Shown piece by piece: positions 24,683-33,057 of a DNA stretch of 52,908 nucleotides. Source of the stretch: a virus; the IMG/VR virus record IMGVR_UViG_3300013426_000006; one strand, given 5' to 3'. Position 1 is the first letter of the stretch, and every line of letters begins with the position of its first letter. The notes beneath the pieces are model-generated. The model had not been told where the DNA came from, made no database searches, and was given only the letters and a program-made list of their open reading frames with translations. A program made the translations under genes and the position numbers.

Positions 24683-24919
24683 ATGATTAAGTATAAGATT
24701 GATGTAGGCGATGCTCTGGAACGTGTCGGATTTACAACGTACAGAGCCAAGACCACGGGACTGCTTAGCCAAGACACGTTAAGACGTATCAAGGAAGATG
24801 ATACTAACATTAGCATTAAGTCGCTTAACAGTCTTTGCCTGATACTCGACCTGCAGCCAAAAGACATCTTAATATACGAAGACACAGAGCAGGACAGGAA
24901 GCAAAGAGAAAAAATTTAA
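24683..24919 (+). CDS. XRE/Cro-type helix-turn-helix regulator
   Basis: GLLSQDTLRRIKEDDTNISIKSLNSLCLILDLQPKDIL. TTGACT-17-TAATAT promoter at 24617-24645. GGAGGG RBS. Confidence 0.6.
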   Translation: MIKYKIDVGDALERVGFTTYRAKTTGLLSQDTLRRIKEDDTNISIKSLNSLCLILDLQPKDILIYEDTEQDRKQREKI

Positions 24920-24932
24920 TTTTTTTAAAATT

Positions 24933-24966
24933 ATCACTTGACAAAGTGATATTAATGTGGTAACAT
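24933..24966 (+). promoter_or_regulatory. promoter (TTGACA-17-TAACAT) overlapped by palindrome ATCACTTGACAAAGTGAT
   Basis: -35 at 24938-24943, -10 at 24961-24966, inverted repeat at 24933-24950. Confidence 0.5.
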
Positions 24967-25015
24967 GTAATTACATTAAAGGAAAGGAACGCCGAATGGC
25001 GTAAGGTAAAATGAT

Positions 25016-25306
25016 ATGATAACAAGGACTGATGCAATTAATGTATTAATGAAGGACAGATGCACAATGAATGAGGCTAAACGCTTCTTGGACATGGGTA
25101 CAATCGTGTACGAAGCAGACGAGCTGGAGGAGCATATCGAGGACTACTGCTCCGAATGGTACGTGTGTGGCTATGGCTACGATGAAGAGGATGTTGTCGA
25201 AATGACAGAGAAAACCAAAGCGATGGTTAATGGCGGCGAGCTGCTACCGGACTGGAGCAAGGTTGAGTATGACGGCAAGACCTATTACATTGAGTATTGT
25301 AATTGA
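25016..25306 (+). CDS. hypothetical acidic protein
   Basis: ORF downstream of the promoter at 24938. Confidence 0.5.
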   Translation: MITRTDAINVLMKDRCTMNEAKRFLDMGTIVYEADELEEHIEDYCSEWYVCGYGYDEEDVVEMTEKTKAMVNGGELLPDWSKVEYDGKTYYIEYCN

Positions 25307-25335
25307 TTGACTTTTTTTAAAAAATCTTGTATAAT
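25307..25335 (+). promoter_or_regulatory. consensus-like sigma-A promoter TTGACT-17-TATAAT
   Basis: -35 at 25307-25312, -10 at 25330-25335. Confidence 0.65.
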
Positions 25336-25430
25336 GTAAAAAATAGCTTGTATTTAGTTGGTATATGCAGCGCGTCCGGAGCATGTACCAACCAAGCCAG
25401 GGCAAGAGGGCGCGTAGTATTTGAACGTTC

Positions 25431-25460
25431 GCCGGTTAGATCAGTCTAGCCGGCTTTTTT
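25431..25460 (+). terminator. rho-independent terminator ending a ~115-nt leader/small RNA
   Basis: GCCGGTTAGA-TCAG-TCTAGCCGGC followed by TTTTTT. Confidence 0.75.
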
Positions 25461-25503
25461 ATTTGCCAAAAGATCAGGACACAGCCAGAAGGGAGGGCGC
25501 AGC

Positions 25504-26142
25504 ATGACAAAGATTAAGGAACAGGAAAGCGAGTACACGCAGTTTATAACATGTGTAGAGGATATGTCAGCGGTCGCTTCTGATATAGTTTCTAAATATT
25601 GCGATATAAATTCTATAGATGAATCAGACATATATCCGAGTATTTGGAATGACATTATCACAGAGTTGTATATTAAATTATTCAGACCGTGCAATAGATT
25701 ATTAAAAACAGATAGTAATTTATATAATCAATATGATATAGATAAAGTGGTATATATATATAATAATATATATAAGAGATTATGTAATAAACACTGTCAA
25801 GAAATATCGCAAAAAGGGTTTATAGATATGTCTGGGATAGATAAGCAAACGCTGTATAACTGGAAGGCGCCAAGCTCCTCGAGTTTCGACTTGCACGAAA
25901 AAATCATGGAAGATAATGAGGAAAGTCTTTTTTCGCTCATGAAGGACAGACGCAACAACCCAATGAAGATACTTCCGAAGCTGAACAAGGTACACGGTTG
26001 GAGCATGCCGGGCGCACGAGACAGAACCGACACAAAGCAAGCCTTGACAGCTGCCGATCTTCCACAGTTAGGCACAGGAACACAAGATATAGCACGGATA
26101 GAAACAAAACCACTAGATATAGTGAATTGCGGTGTAAAATAA
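25504..26142 (+). CDS. putative terminase small subunit (HTH-containing)
   Basis: GFIDMSGIDKQTLYNWK HTH-like segment, and later NNPMKILPKLNKVHGW resembling TerS C-terminal motifs. GGGAGGG RBS. Confidence 0.4.
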   Translation: MTKIKEQESEYTQFITCVEDMSAVASDIVSKYCDINSIDESDIYPSIWNDIITELYIKLFRPCNRLLKTDSNLYNQYDIDKVVYIYNNIYKRLCNKHCQEISQKGFIDMSGIDKQTLYNWKAPSSSSFDLHEKIMEDNEESLFSLMKDRRNNPMKILPKLNKVHGWSMPGARDRTDTKQALTAADLPQLGTGTQDIARIETKPLDIVNCGVK

Positions 26143-26568
26143 AAGCGTGCGTTTTATTTACAACGCAAGTTTGTTGGATTTTTTGTGAATTTTGCACATA
26201 AAAAAATGGTCCGGTTTAACTCTGGCGTGCTGCTTATAGGGGTATGGGGGTTAGACATGGTGCGCAAAATACTCCTACTAAGTTCCTCAAACATTTTTCA
26301 AAATAAAAAGTCCTATTATATATAATATAAATATATAAACCAATTACACATATAATAAATAAATTATATAAACGTAATGCATATATAAATATTATATAAA
26401 GGCTTTATAGATGACTGATAAATAGGTTTTTGATAAATAGAATTCGGATTTCTAAAAATTTTTCAAAAACAAAAAGGACGTGATTGAAGATTGAATAAAA
26501 GGCAAAATGGCACCTAGGGAAGTATATTGAATTGTCGGGAAAAAATAAAAAAGCCGCAAATCAGCGAC

Positions 26569-26715
26569 TTAATTATTTTCAATCCATTCTTGCAAGATTT
26601 TAACAATGAGATTAGACAATGACCTGCTTTCCTCTTTAGCTCGTCTTTCAAGTTTTTGCCGAAGCTCAGCAGGCAATCTAACAGCAAAAGGACTATATTT
26701 TACGTTGTTCGGCAT
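26569..26715 (-). CDS. ribbon-helix-helix (CopG/Arc-like) protein, 48 aa (below the ORF-track cutoff)
   Basis: MPNNVKYSPFAVRLPAELRQKLERRAKEESRSLSNLIVKILQEWIENN. AGGAGG lies 8 nt upstream. Hairpin plus T-run downstream on the minus strand. Confidence 0.7.
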   Translation of the reverse strand: MPNNVKYSPFAVRLPAELRQKLERRAKEESRSLSNLIVKILQEWIENN

Positions 26716-26857
26716 AATATGCACCTCCTACAAATGATGATAGCATATTAAAAGCAAAAAATCAAATACATTGTATTAAAATGTATTGAAACGTATTGAA
26801 AACAAATACTTTATATGTTATAATACTCATGTCAATTAAAAATAGGGGGGTAAGCAT

Positions 26858-27421
26858 ATGAAGATTGCATATGTTAGAGTTTCAACGGTGGAGCAGAACG
26901 AAGAAAGGCAGATAGAAGGTCTTTCTAAGTTTGGAATTGATAAATGGTACATTGAAAAGGTGTCGGGAAAGAATACAGATAGACCAGAATTGCAAAAAAT
27001 GCTTAGTGAAGTACAGGCTGGGGATATTGTTTATGTTCACGATTTTAGCCGTTTGGCACGTTCAACTAGGGACTTACTGAATATCGTTGAGAAGCTTAAT
27101 TTTAACAATATTCACGTTGTTAGCAACAAGGAAAATATTGACACTTCAACACCATCTGGAAAACTAATGCTTACTATGATTGGTGCAATATATGAATTTG
27201 AACGTACAAATATGCTTGAGAGACAAGCAGAAGGAATTGCAATCGCAAAGCGTGAAAATAAATACAAAAATTGTGGCCGCAAAAAGATGAAACTTACAGA
27301 TGTGCAACTTGCAAGCATAGAAAAATATTATTCAGGTGCAATAAATAAGTCACAGCTTGCAGATGAAATCCATGTATCACGACCAACACTTAATAAAATT
27401 TTACAAGAGCACGTTGCATAA
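26858..27421 (+). CDS. small serine recombinase (resolvase/invertase family)
   Basis: MKIAYVRVSTVEQNEERQ catalytic N-terminus. C-terminal HTH SQLADEIHVSRPTLNKIL. Confidence 0.9.
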   Translation: MKIAYVRVSTVEQNEERQIEGLSKFGIDKWYIEKVSGKNTDRPELQKMLSEVQAGDIVYVHDFSRLARSTRDLLNIVEKLNFNNIHVVSNKENIDTSTPSGKLMLTMIGAIYEFERTNMLERQAEGIAIAKRENKYKNCGRKKMKLTDVQLASIEKYYSGAINKSQLADEIHVSRPTLNKILQEHVA

Positions 27422-27427
27422 ACGTTA

Positions 27428-27499
27428 TGGGCTATCGCCAAGCGGTAAGGCACAGGGTTTTGACTCCTGCATTCGTTGGTTCAAATCCAACTAGCCCAG
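27428..27499 (+). tRNA. tRNA-Gln (anticodon TTG)
   Basis: Manual cloverleaf: acceptor TGGGCTA/TAGCCCA, D arm GCC..GGC, anticodon loop TTTTGAC, T arm GTTGG-TTCAAAT-CCAAC. Confidence 0.85.
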
Positions 27500-27674
27500 T
27501 TTGGACACGTTTTTATTCATTTTAGTGTCCTTCCTTTCTCAACCCACTAGCGGAAAGCTGATTAAAGAGCCGTCACAAGGCTCGGTGGGTTTTACCGGTT
27601 TAATTATCGGTAGTTGACTATACCCTTGTTTTAACAAGGGCTTTTCACTCCCTTATGCGTATTAAATTACGCAA

Positions 27675-27741
27675 GTGAAACATAGATTAATGGCAAATCA
27701 AACAGTAAGTTTAATCCCGGTTCGATTCCGGGTGTTTCACC
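27675..27741 (+). ncRNA. truncated tRNA-like element (perfect acceptor and T arm, shortened anticodon arm)
   Basis: GTGAAAC/GTTTCAC acceptor and CCCGG-TTCGATT-CCGGG T arm. Only 16 nt where a 17-nt anticodon arm plus variable loop should be. Confidence 0.4.
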
Positions 27742-27835
27742 TCACCTACACCCCCTATAAATGAATTGTTATCAATTTTAGTGGAATCCAGCCATGCGCA
27801 TTTTCGGATGTGCATACCGTCACAGGCGGTATTTC

Positions 27836-27922
27836 GCAGATATGGTGTAATGGTATCACAGTAGATTGCTAATCTATCCAACGAATAAAATCGTTGTCAA
27901 GGTTCGACCCCTTGTATCTGCG
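27836..27922 (+). tRNA. tRNA-Ser (anticodon GCT), class II
   Basis: Acceptor GCAGATA/TATCTGC, anticodon loop TTGCTAA, long variable arm AACGA..TCGTT, T arm CAAGG-TTCGACC-CCTTG. Confidence 0.85.
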
Positions 27923-28169
27923 TTGCTTGAGATACTTCTTAGGCGTTGATGCGTGACGGAATAGGTAAACGGAATTGTCATAGAGAATTGGGTGCAATTG
28001 ACAACTTAGCTACCCAGATTGCGCACTCCTGTGTGGTGCAAATCCACACCGCGTCAAGAGGCGGGTCATTCCCGAATAAGCAGGCGTTGCGGTAGTCCCT
28101 GCTGAATCAATAAAAATGCCGATGCATGAGAACGCCGCATAGCGGAATGTCTGCATCGGAAACCGCACA

Positions 28170-28259
28170 CGGAGAAGCGGCAACGATTGGCGGTGTTGCG
28201 GCAGACTGTAAATCTGTTCCCACGTGGTAAACATTATAGGTTCAATTCCTATCTTCTCC
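28170..28259 (+). tRNA. tRNA-Tyr (anticodon GTA), long-variable-arm type
   Basis: Acceptor GGAGAAG/CTTCTCC, anticodon loop CTGTAAA, T arm ATAGG-TTCAATT-CCTAT. The D and variable arms are less canonical. Confidence 0.65.
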
Positions 28260-28382
28260 ACTTAACAGCAAACTAGCTTGACGAAGCGAAAAGCGGAACT
28301 GTGACCGCCTGTTTGCTGATTTGTTGTTCACAGGTTCTAAGCACAAGTGGAGTGCTGTTATCTTTCACAGGAGGTAATTTAC

Positions 28383-29330
28383 ATGAACGAAGAAGAATTA
28401 AAGGCTAAGGTTGACTATGAGTTTTCTCACAGATTCAATCACACTTTGCATGCCTATATTGACATTTCAGAGGATTTGATTGCTGGAACATTATTATCTC
28501 AAATAATGTTTTGGTTTTCTGAAACAAAGGATAAAAAACGAAAAATACGGATTTATAAAGATGGAAATTATTGGCTCGCTAAAGGCAGAGAGGAATGGGT
28601 CGATGAAATAAGAATTTCCAAAAAGCAATACGATAATGCGGTTAAGAAACTAAAGGAAAAGGAATTTGTAGAGACAAAACTGTTCAAATTTAATGGAGTT
28701 CCAACAACTCACATCAGACCGATATATGAAAATATAAATTCTGCAATAGCAAAATGGAAAGATGATATTTCAAAAGAGATATGTTGCAGTTTTTCGGATT
28801 TACCCAAAGGGGAAAATGGAATTTACCCAAACGGCGAAAAGGATATTCCCCATTCGGCAAATTCTTTAACAGAGAATACTTACATAGACAATAATACAGA
28901 TAATAATTATGCTTTTTCTTTACAAGAAAAAGGAACATTATGCTTTTCTTCCGAAAAGGCGGTCGGGAAAAGCGATGTTAAATATCCGATTGATGATGTT
29001 CCGTATCTGGTCGGTCAATACACAGAGCCATACACGCTAGGAAGCCGAATAATCGACCTTAGGAACATTATCCTGTATTTTATCGACAGGTACAATGAAA
29101 ATTCAACTACGAAGCATGTAGACGTATCAGACAAGGCAATTAAGAACATAGTCGATGCATATTTTCATCCGACAGGCAAGGTTGTTGACTGTGAAGCGGA
29201 AGATTATATGTGGATGATAGATGATTACTTTGCAACCGATTACAAGATGAATGGCTGGCGAGTGTCTAAGAGCCTGCAGCATTTCTTTTCTGGGAAGATC
29301 AGGGAAAACATTTACATGAAACGGATATAG
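28383..29330 (+). CDS. hypothetical protein with N-terminal winged-helix-like DNA-binding domain
   Basis: AGGAGG lies 8 nt upstream of ATG 28383. LLSQIMFWF...YWLAKGREEWVDEIRISKKQYDNAVKKLKEKEFVE. Confidence 0.55.
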   Translation: MNEEELKAKVDYEFSHRFNHTLHAYIDISEDLIAGTLLSQIMFWFSETKDKKRKIRIYKDGNYWLAKGREEWVDEIRISKKQYDNAVKKLKEKEFVETKLFKFNGVPTTHIRPIYENINSAIAKWKDDISKEICCSFSDLPKGENGIYPNGEKDIPHSANSLTENTYIDNNTDNNYAFSLQEKGTLCFSSEKAVGKSDVKYPIDDVPYLVGQYTEPYTLGSRIIDLRNIILYFIDRYNENSTTKHVDVSDKAIKNIVDAYFHPTGKVVDCEAEDYMWMIDDYFATDYKMNGWRVSKSLQHFFSGKIRENIYMKRI

Positions 29331-29341
29331 GGGGTGCCATT

Positions 29342-29917
29342 ATGAGAAGTGAAATTATAAAATCTATTGACGATATAGCACAACACATCGTTGAATCACA
29401 GGATAAACAGGCTGCATTAGAGTTCACAAAGGTAATTGGAAAATTACTGAAAGAAAATGGCGTAAGCGTATACGGAACGGAGTATGAAGATGATGCCCTT
29501 AGACAGATTAGGCATGGGTATAAGATTGAGATGCTTGATTTTTTCCAACACGACAAAGAGGTTAACAATGAACTGTTTGACAAAGTTTCATTCCGAAATG
29601 CGATAATAGATGAATTGCGGTTGAGAATCGAGAATTTGAGACTTGATTTGGATAAGGCAAGAGAAACAAATGGTGTAGTTCTTCCGGCTGAACCTCTGGA
29701 CGTGGTAAAAATACTTGTGACAGAAACAATGCATTATACAAACAAATTTACAGGTCTGGAAACCGAGTGTAGAAAATATGGAATTAAAGACTTGGAGCAA
29801 ATAGCAGAACATTTGAGAATTTACTGCGAGTGGAATAAGGAAGATGAAAACGGGAATGTGATTCTGAGCGATGATAAGACAGAAGTGTTGACAGAGGGAA
29901 TCAAGATAAACTGTTAG
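29342..29917 (+). CDS. hypothetical protein
   Basis: GGGGG upstream; operon context. Confidence 0.55.
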   Translation: MRSEIIKSIDDIAQHIVESQDKQAALEFTKVIGKLLKENGVSVYGTEYEDDALRQIRHGYKIEMLDFFQHDKEVNNELFDKVSFRNAIIDELRLRIENLRLDLDKARETNGVVLPAEPLDVVKILVTETMHYTNKFTGLETECRKYGIKDLEQIAEHLRIYCEWNKEDENGNVILSDDKTEVLTEGIKINC

Positions 29918-29927
29918 GAGTGATATT

Positions 29928-30134
29928 ATGAAGATAACAGAAATGAATAACTGCATTGAGAAAATGCGAGAGTGCTATCCGTTTGAGGATGAAAAAACAG
30001 AAATATGGTTAGACAATCGGAATGAAATGGTTACTACAACAGAAGTTTGCCTTAGAACAATAGATAGAAACGGTACAGAAATCAAAATGGCAAGACCGAT
30101 TGACAGTTTAGAGCGAGACATAATCGCTTTTTAA
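29928..30134 (+). CDS. hypothetical protein
   Basis: AGGAG upstream. Confidence 0.5.
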   Translation: MKITEMNNCIEKMRECYPFEDEKTEIWLDNRNEMVTTTEVCLRTIDRNGTEIKMARPIDSLERDIIAF

Positions 30135-30238
30135 CAAAAATTACCGGCTAACAACAGGAGTTAGTCGCTACCCTAGAAAAATTATAGGCAGAGATATCTA
30201 TGGCATCTCTGCTTGAATGAGTGGAGGTGCTTTTTTCT

Positions 30239-33043
30239 ATGGCATCTAAAGAGTTAATCAACACAGTAAATCAATATGACAATTTTATAAAGACACACCC
30301 GGTCGATGAATCCGTAATATCTGCTTATGTAGAAGCGTGCAAGGTCGCTATAAACGGCGAAAAGGATATTGAGTACGGGTTGCAACTTACGAAGCGGTCT
30401 AAGGGCATTATAGAGCGTTTCTGCATGGAGCAGACAGGCGGTACGATATGGGATTTAGATTATTACCATTTCAAACATGAGACAACACCATATGATCTGT
30501 TAGACCAATATCTAAATATCTATAAGCTGGAATCTCATTACAAGTTTGAGAGCTTTATGATTTTTATGGAGAAGAACCGACCACCTTGGGAAAGATTCTA
30601 TCTTCCGAGACAAAATCCTTTGAAACAAGTGGCAGATTTAATACAGGACTTATACGATGATAAACTTGACGAGGGCATGGTTTTTATGCCTGGTCGCGTG
30701 GGGAAAGCTCAACCAGTGGATTCTTTAGTGTTGACAGAAAATGGATTCAAAAAAATGGGAGAAATAAAGATTGGAGACACCGTTATTTCTGGTAGCGGGG
30801 AAAAGTGCAATATTACCGGAATTTTTCCACAGGGCGTAAAAGATGTTTATAGAATTACATTTACAGATGGAACAAGTGCTGAATGCTGCAAAGAGCATTT
30901 ATGGAAGGTACAAACAAATGAAGATAGAAGAATAAGACCAGAAAGAGGAAAAACAGAACAATCATATAGGATAGTAGAATTAAAAAACATGATTGGAGAT
31001 TTGAAATTATCAACAGGAGAAAACAAATATTCTGTTGACTATGCAAATCCGGTTCAATTCGATAAAAAAGAATTGAAAGTGCCACCATATGTTTTAGGAG
31101 CGCTTATAGGAGACGGATCTTTAACTGGCGGAAATTGTGCTATATGCAATCCAGAAATAGACATTATTAAAAAAATTAAAAAATATTGTAATGGATATGC
31201 AAAAATTAGCACCTACAAAAGCGAAAATAGATGCCCTAGATTTTCTCTCGTTGGAAATAATATAAGAAAAGATTTGAGATATTATGATTTGCTTGAAAAA
31301 AAATCTTATGAAAAAAGTATACCATATGATTATTTGCATTCTTGCGTAGAGGATAGAATAGAACTTTTAAGAGGTCTGTGTGACACAGACGGAAGTGTCA
31401 AAAAAAATTCTGCATTCATAGATTATAGCACATCATCTAAACAACTTTCGGAGGATGTAGTATATCTTGTTCAATCTCTTGGAGGAAGAGCGACAGTTAA
31501 AAAAAGTGAATCCCACTACATAAAAGATGGGAAAAAGATAAATTGCAAAGACAGATACAGAATAACAATATCTTTTGGGAATGGAATAGTGCCAGTTTCA
31601 TCTAAAAAATGCTTAGATAGGTACAAAGATAATAAAAAAGTAACAAAAAAATTTATTGAAAAAATTGAATATTCAAGAAAAACAGAGTGCCGATGCATAA
31701 TGATAGACGATCCGACACACTTGTATATAACAAATGATTTTATTGTTACGCATAATACGCAGATTGTAAAAATGGGTAATTTATGGTTCGGTTCAAACAG
31801 ACCAGAGAGATCAAATTTGTACTCTGCATATTCTGATAAGATCACGGGCGGATATTATGACGGAATAAAAGAAATGGTCACAGACCCGACGTATACATAT
31901 CACGAAATTTACCCGGATAATAAAATTGACGGTCTGACAGACGGAAAAGATTTAACTATCGACATAAACAGAAAAAAAACATACCCAACATTTACAATGA
32001 GATCAATTTATGGAACGCTGAACGGTGCGTGTGATTGTGACGGACTTGGAGTTTACGATGATTTATTTAGCGGTATTGATGAAGCGTTAAGTGAAGATCG
32101 GCAAAATACGGTATGGAACAAATTTGACAACAACTACATGCCTAGAATAAAGCCGGGGAAAGCGAAACTTCTTGGAATCGGTACAAGATGGGCACCAAAA
32201 GACGTGCAAGGGCGCAGGCTTGAATTACTTAACAATGATCCTGAATACGCAGAGATACGGCACCGAGAAATTGTTATTCCAGCTCTTGATGAGAACGGAG
32301 AAAGTAATTTCGACTATCCGTATAAGTTGGGATTTACAACGAAAGATTATAAAAGACGTATGTCGTCATTCGAGAACAACGATGATATGGCATCGTGGCT
32401 TGCACAGTATCAGCAAGAACCTATTGAACGTAAAGGACAAATGTTTAATATTGATGCAATGAATTTTTTCAATCCTGCTGAAATCGAAGGAGTACGCCCA
32501 GACAGAATATTTGCGGCAAACGACCCGGCATATGGTGGTGGCGACTTTGTTTCAATGCCTATATGCTATGAAATCAACGGAGAATACTATATAACTGATG
32601 CTGTCTACAACGACGGAGATAAGGACATTACAATTCCAGAGGTAACAAGCAGAATAGAATCACACTTAGATAAGTTTCCAAACAAAACTGCAGAGGTACA
32701 CTTCGAGGAAACGAAATCGACGTCCGGTTACAGACTTGCGTGCGAAAAAATATGGGAAGATGACGGATACCCGGTAAATGCAACGCACGATCCGGCAGAT
32801 AACCAAACCGCAAAGATGGACAGAATCAAAAACCATGCTCCGGATATTCGTAAACTGCATTTCGTAGCAATGAAGTATCAGACAAAAGAATACCGAAAAT
32901 ATTTTCAGAACATTCTTTCATGCACGTTTGAAGGAAAAATGAAACATGATGATGGCGTAGATTCTACGGCGCAGCTATGCGACATGATTTACGGAGATAG
33001 AAAAGCAAGAAAAAAGACTATGATTATTTCAAGTCCAATATAA
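30239..33043 (+). CDS. terL: terminase large subunit, interrupted by an in-frame intein
   Basis: The P-loop PGRVGK|T is reconstituted after removing 30707-31756. Also GVYDDLFSG, NDPAYGGGDFV and HDDGVDS nuclease-type motifs. The portal gene lies downstream. Confidence 0.9.
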   Translation: MASKELINTVNQYDNFIKTHPVDESVISAYVEACKVAINGEKDIEYGLQLTKRSKGIIERFCMEQTGGTIWDLDYYHFKHETTPYDLLDQYLNIYKLESHYKFESFMIFMEKNRPPWERFYLPRQNPLKQVADLIQDLYDDKLDEGMVFMPGRVGKAQPVDSLVLTENGFKKMGEIKIGDTVISGSGEKCNITGIFPQGVKDVYRITFTDGTSAECCKEHLWKVQTNEDRRIRPERGKTEQSYRIVELKNMIGDLKLSTGENKYSVDYANPVQFDKKELKVPPYVLGALIGDGSLTGGNCAICNPEIDIIKKIKKYCNGYAKISTYKSENRCPRFSLVGNNIRKDLRYYDLLEKKSYEKSIPYDYLHSCVEDRIELLRGLCDTDGSVKKNSAFIDYSTSSKQLSEDVVYLVQSLGGRATVKKSESHYIKDGKKINCKDRYRITISFGNGIVPVSSKKCLDRYKDNKKVTKKFIEKIEYSRKTECRCIMIDDPTHLYITNDFIVTHNTQIVKMGNLWFGSNRPERSNLYSAYSDKITGGYYDGIKEMVTDPTYTYHEIYPDNKIDGLTDGKDLTIDINRKKTYPTFTMRSIYGTLNGACDCDGLGVYDDLFSGIDEALSEDRQNTVWNKFDNNYMPRIKPGKAKLLGIGTRWAPKDVQGRRLELLNNDPEYAEIRHREIVIPALDENGESNFDYPYKLGFTTKDYKRRMSSFENNDDMASWLAQYQQEPIERKGQMFNIDAMNFFNPAEIEGVRPDRIFAANDPAYGGGDFVSMPICYEINGEYYITDAVYNDGDKDITIPEVTSRIESHLDKFPNKTAEVHFEETKSTSGYRLACEKIWEDDGYPVNATHDPADNQTAKMDRIKNHAPDIRKLHFVAMKYQTKEYRKYFQNILSCTFEGKMKHDDGVDSTAQLCDMIYGDRKARKKTMIISSPI
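30707..31756 (+). mobile_element. 350-aa intein with LAGLIDADG homing-endonuclease domain, inserted in the TerL Walker A
   Basis: Starts AQPVDSLVLTENG and ends FIVTHN, followed by Thr. LGALIGDGSL and LLRGLCDTDGSV are the two LAGLIDADG motifs. Confidence 0.85.
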
Positions 33044-33057
33044 AGGAGTGGTGTTTT

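Noticed and set aside
27543-27590. Hammerhead-like core (CTGAT...GAAA) in the tRNA spacer
   Set aside because: The sequence is CTGATTA, not CUGANGA, and the helices do not fit the conserved three-stem junction.
28010-28261. 83-aa minus-strand ORF
   Set aside because: It overlaps tRNA-Tyr and the hairpin-dense spacer. It has no RBS and its composition is not protein-like.
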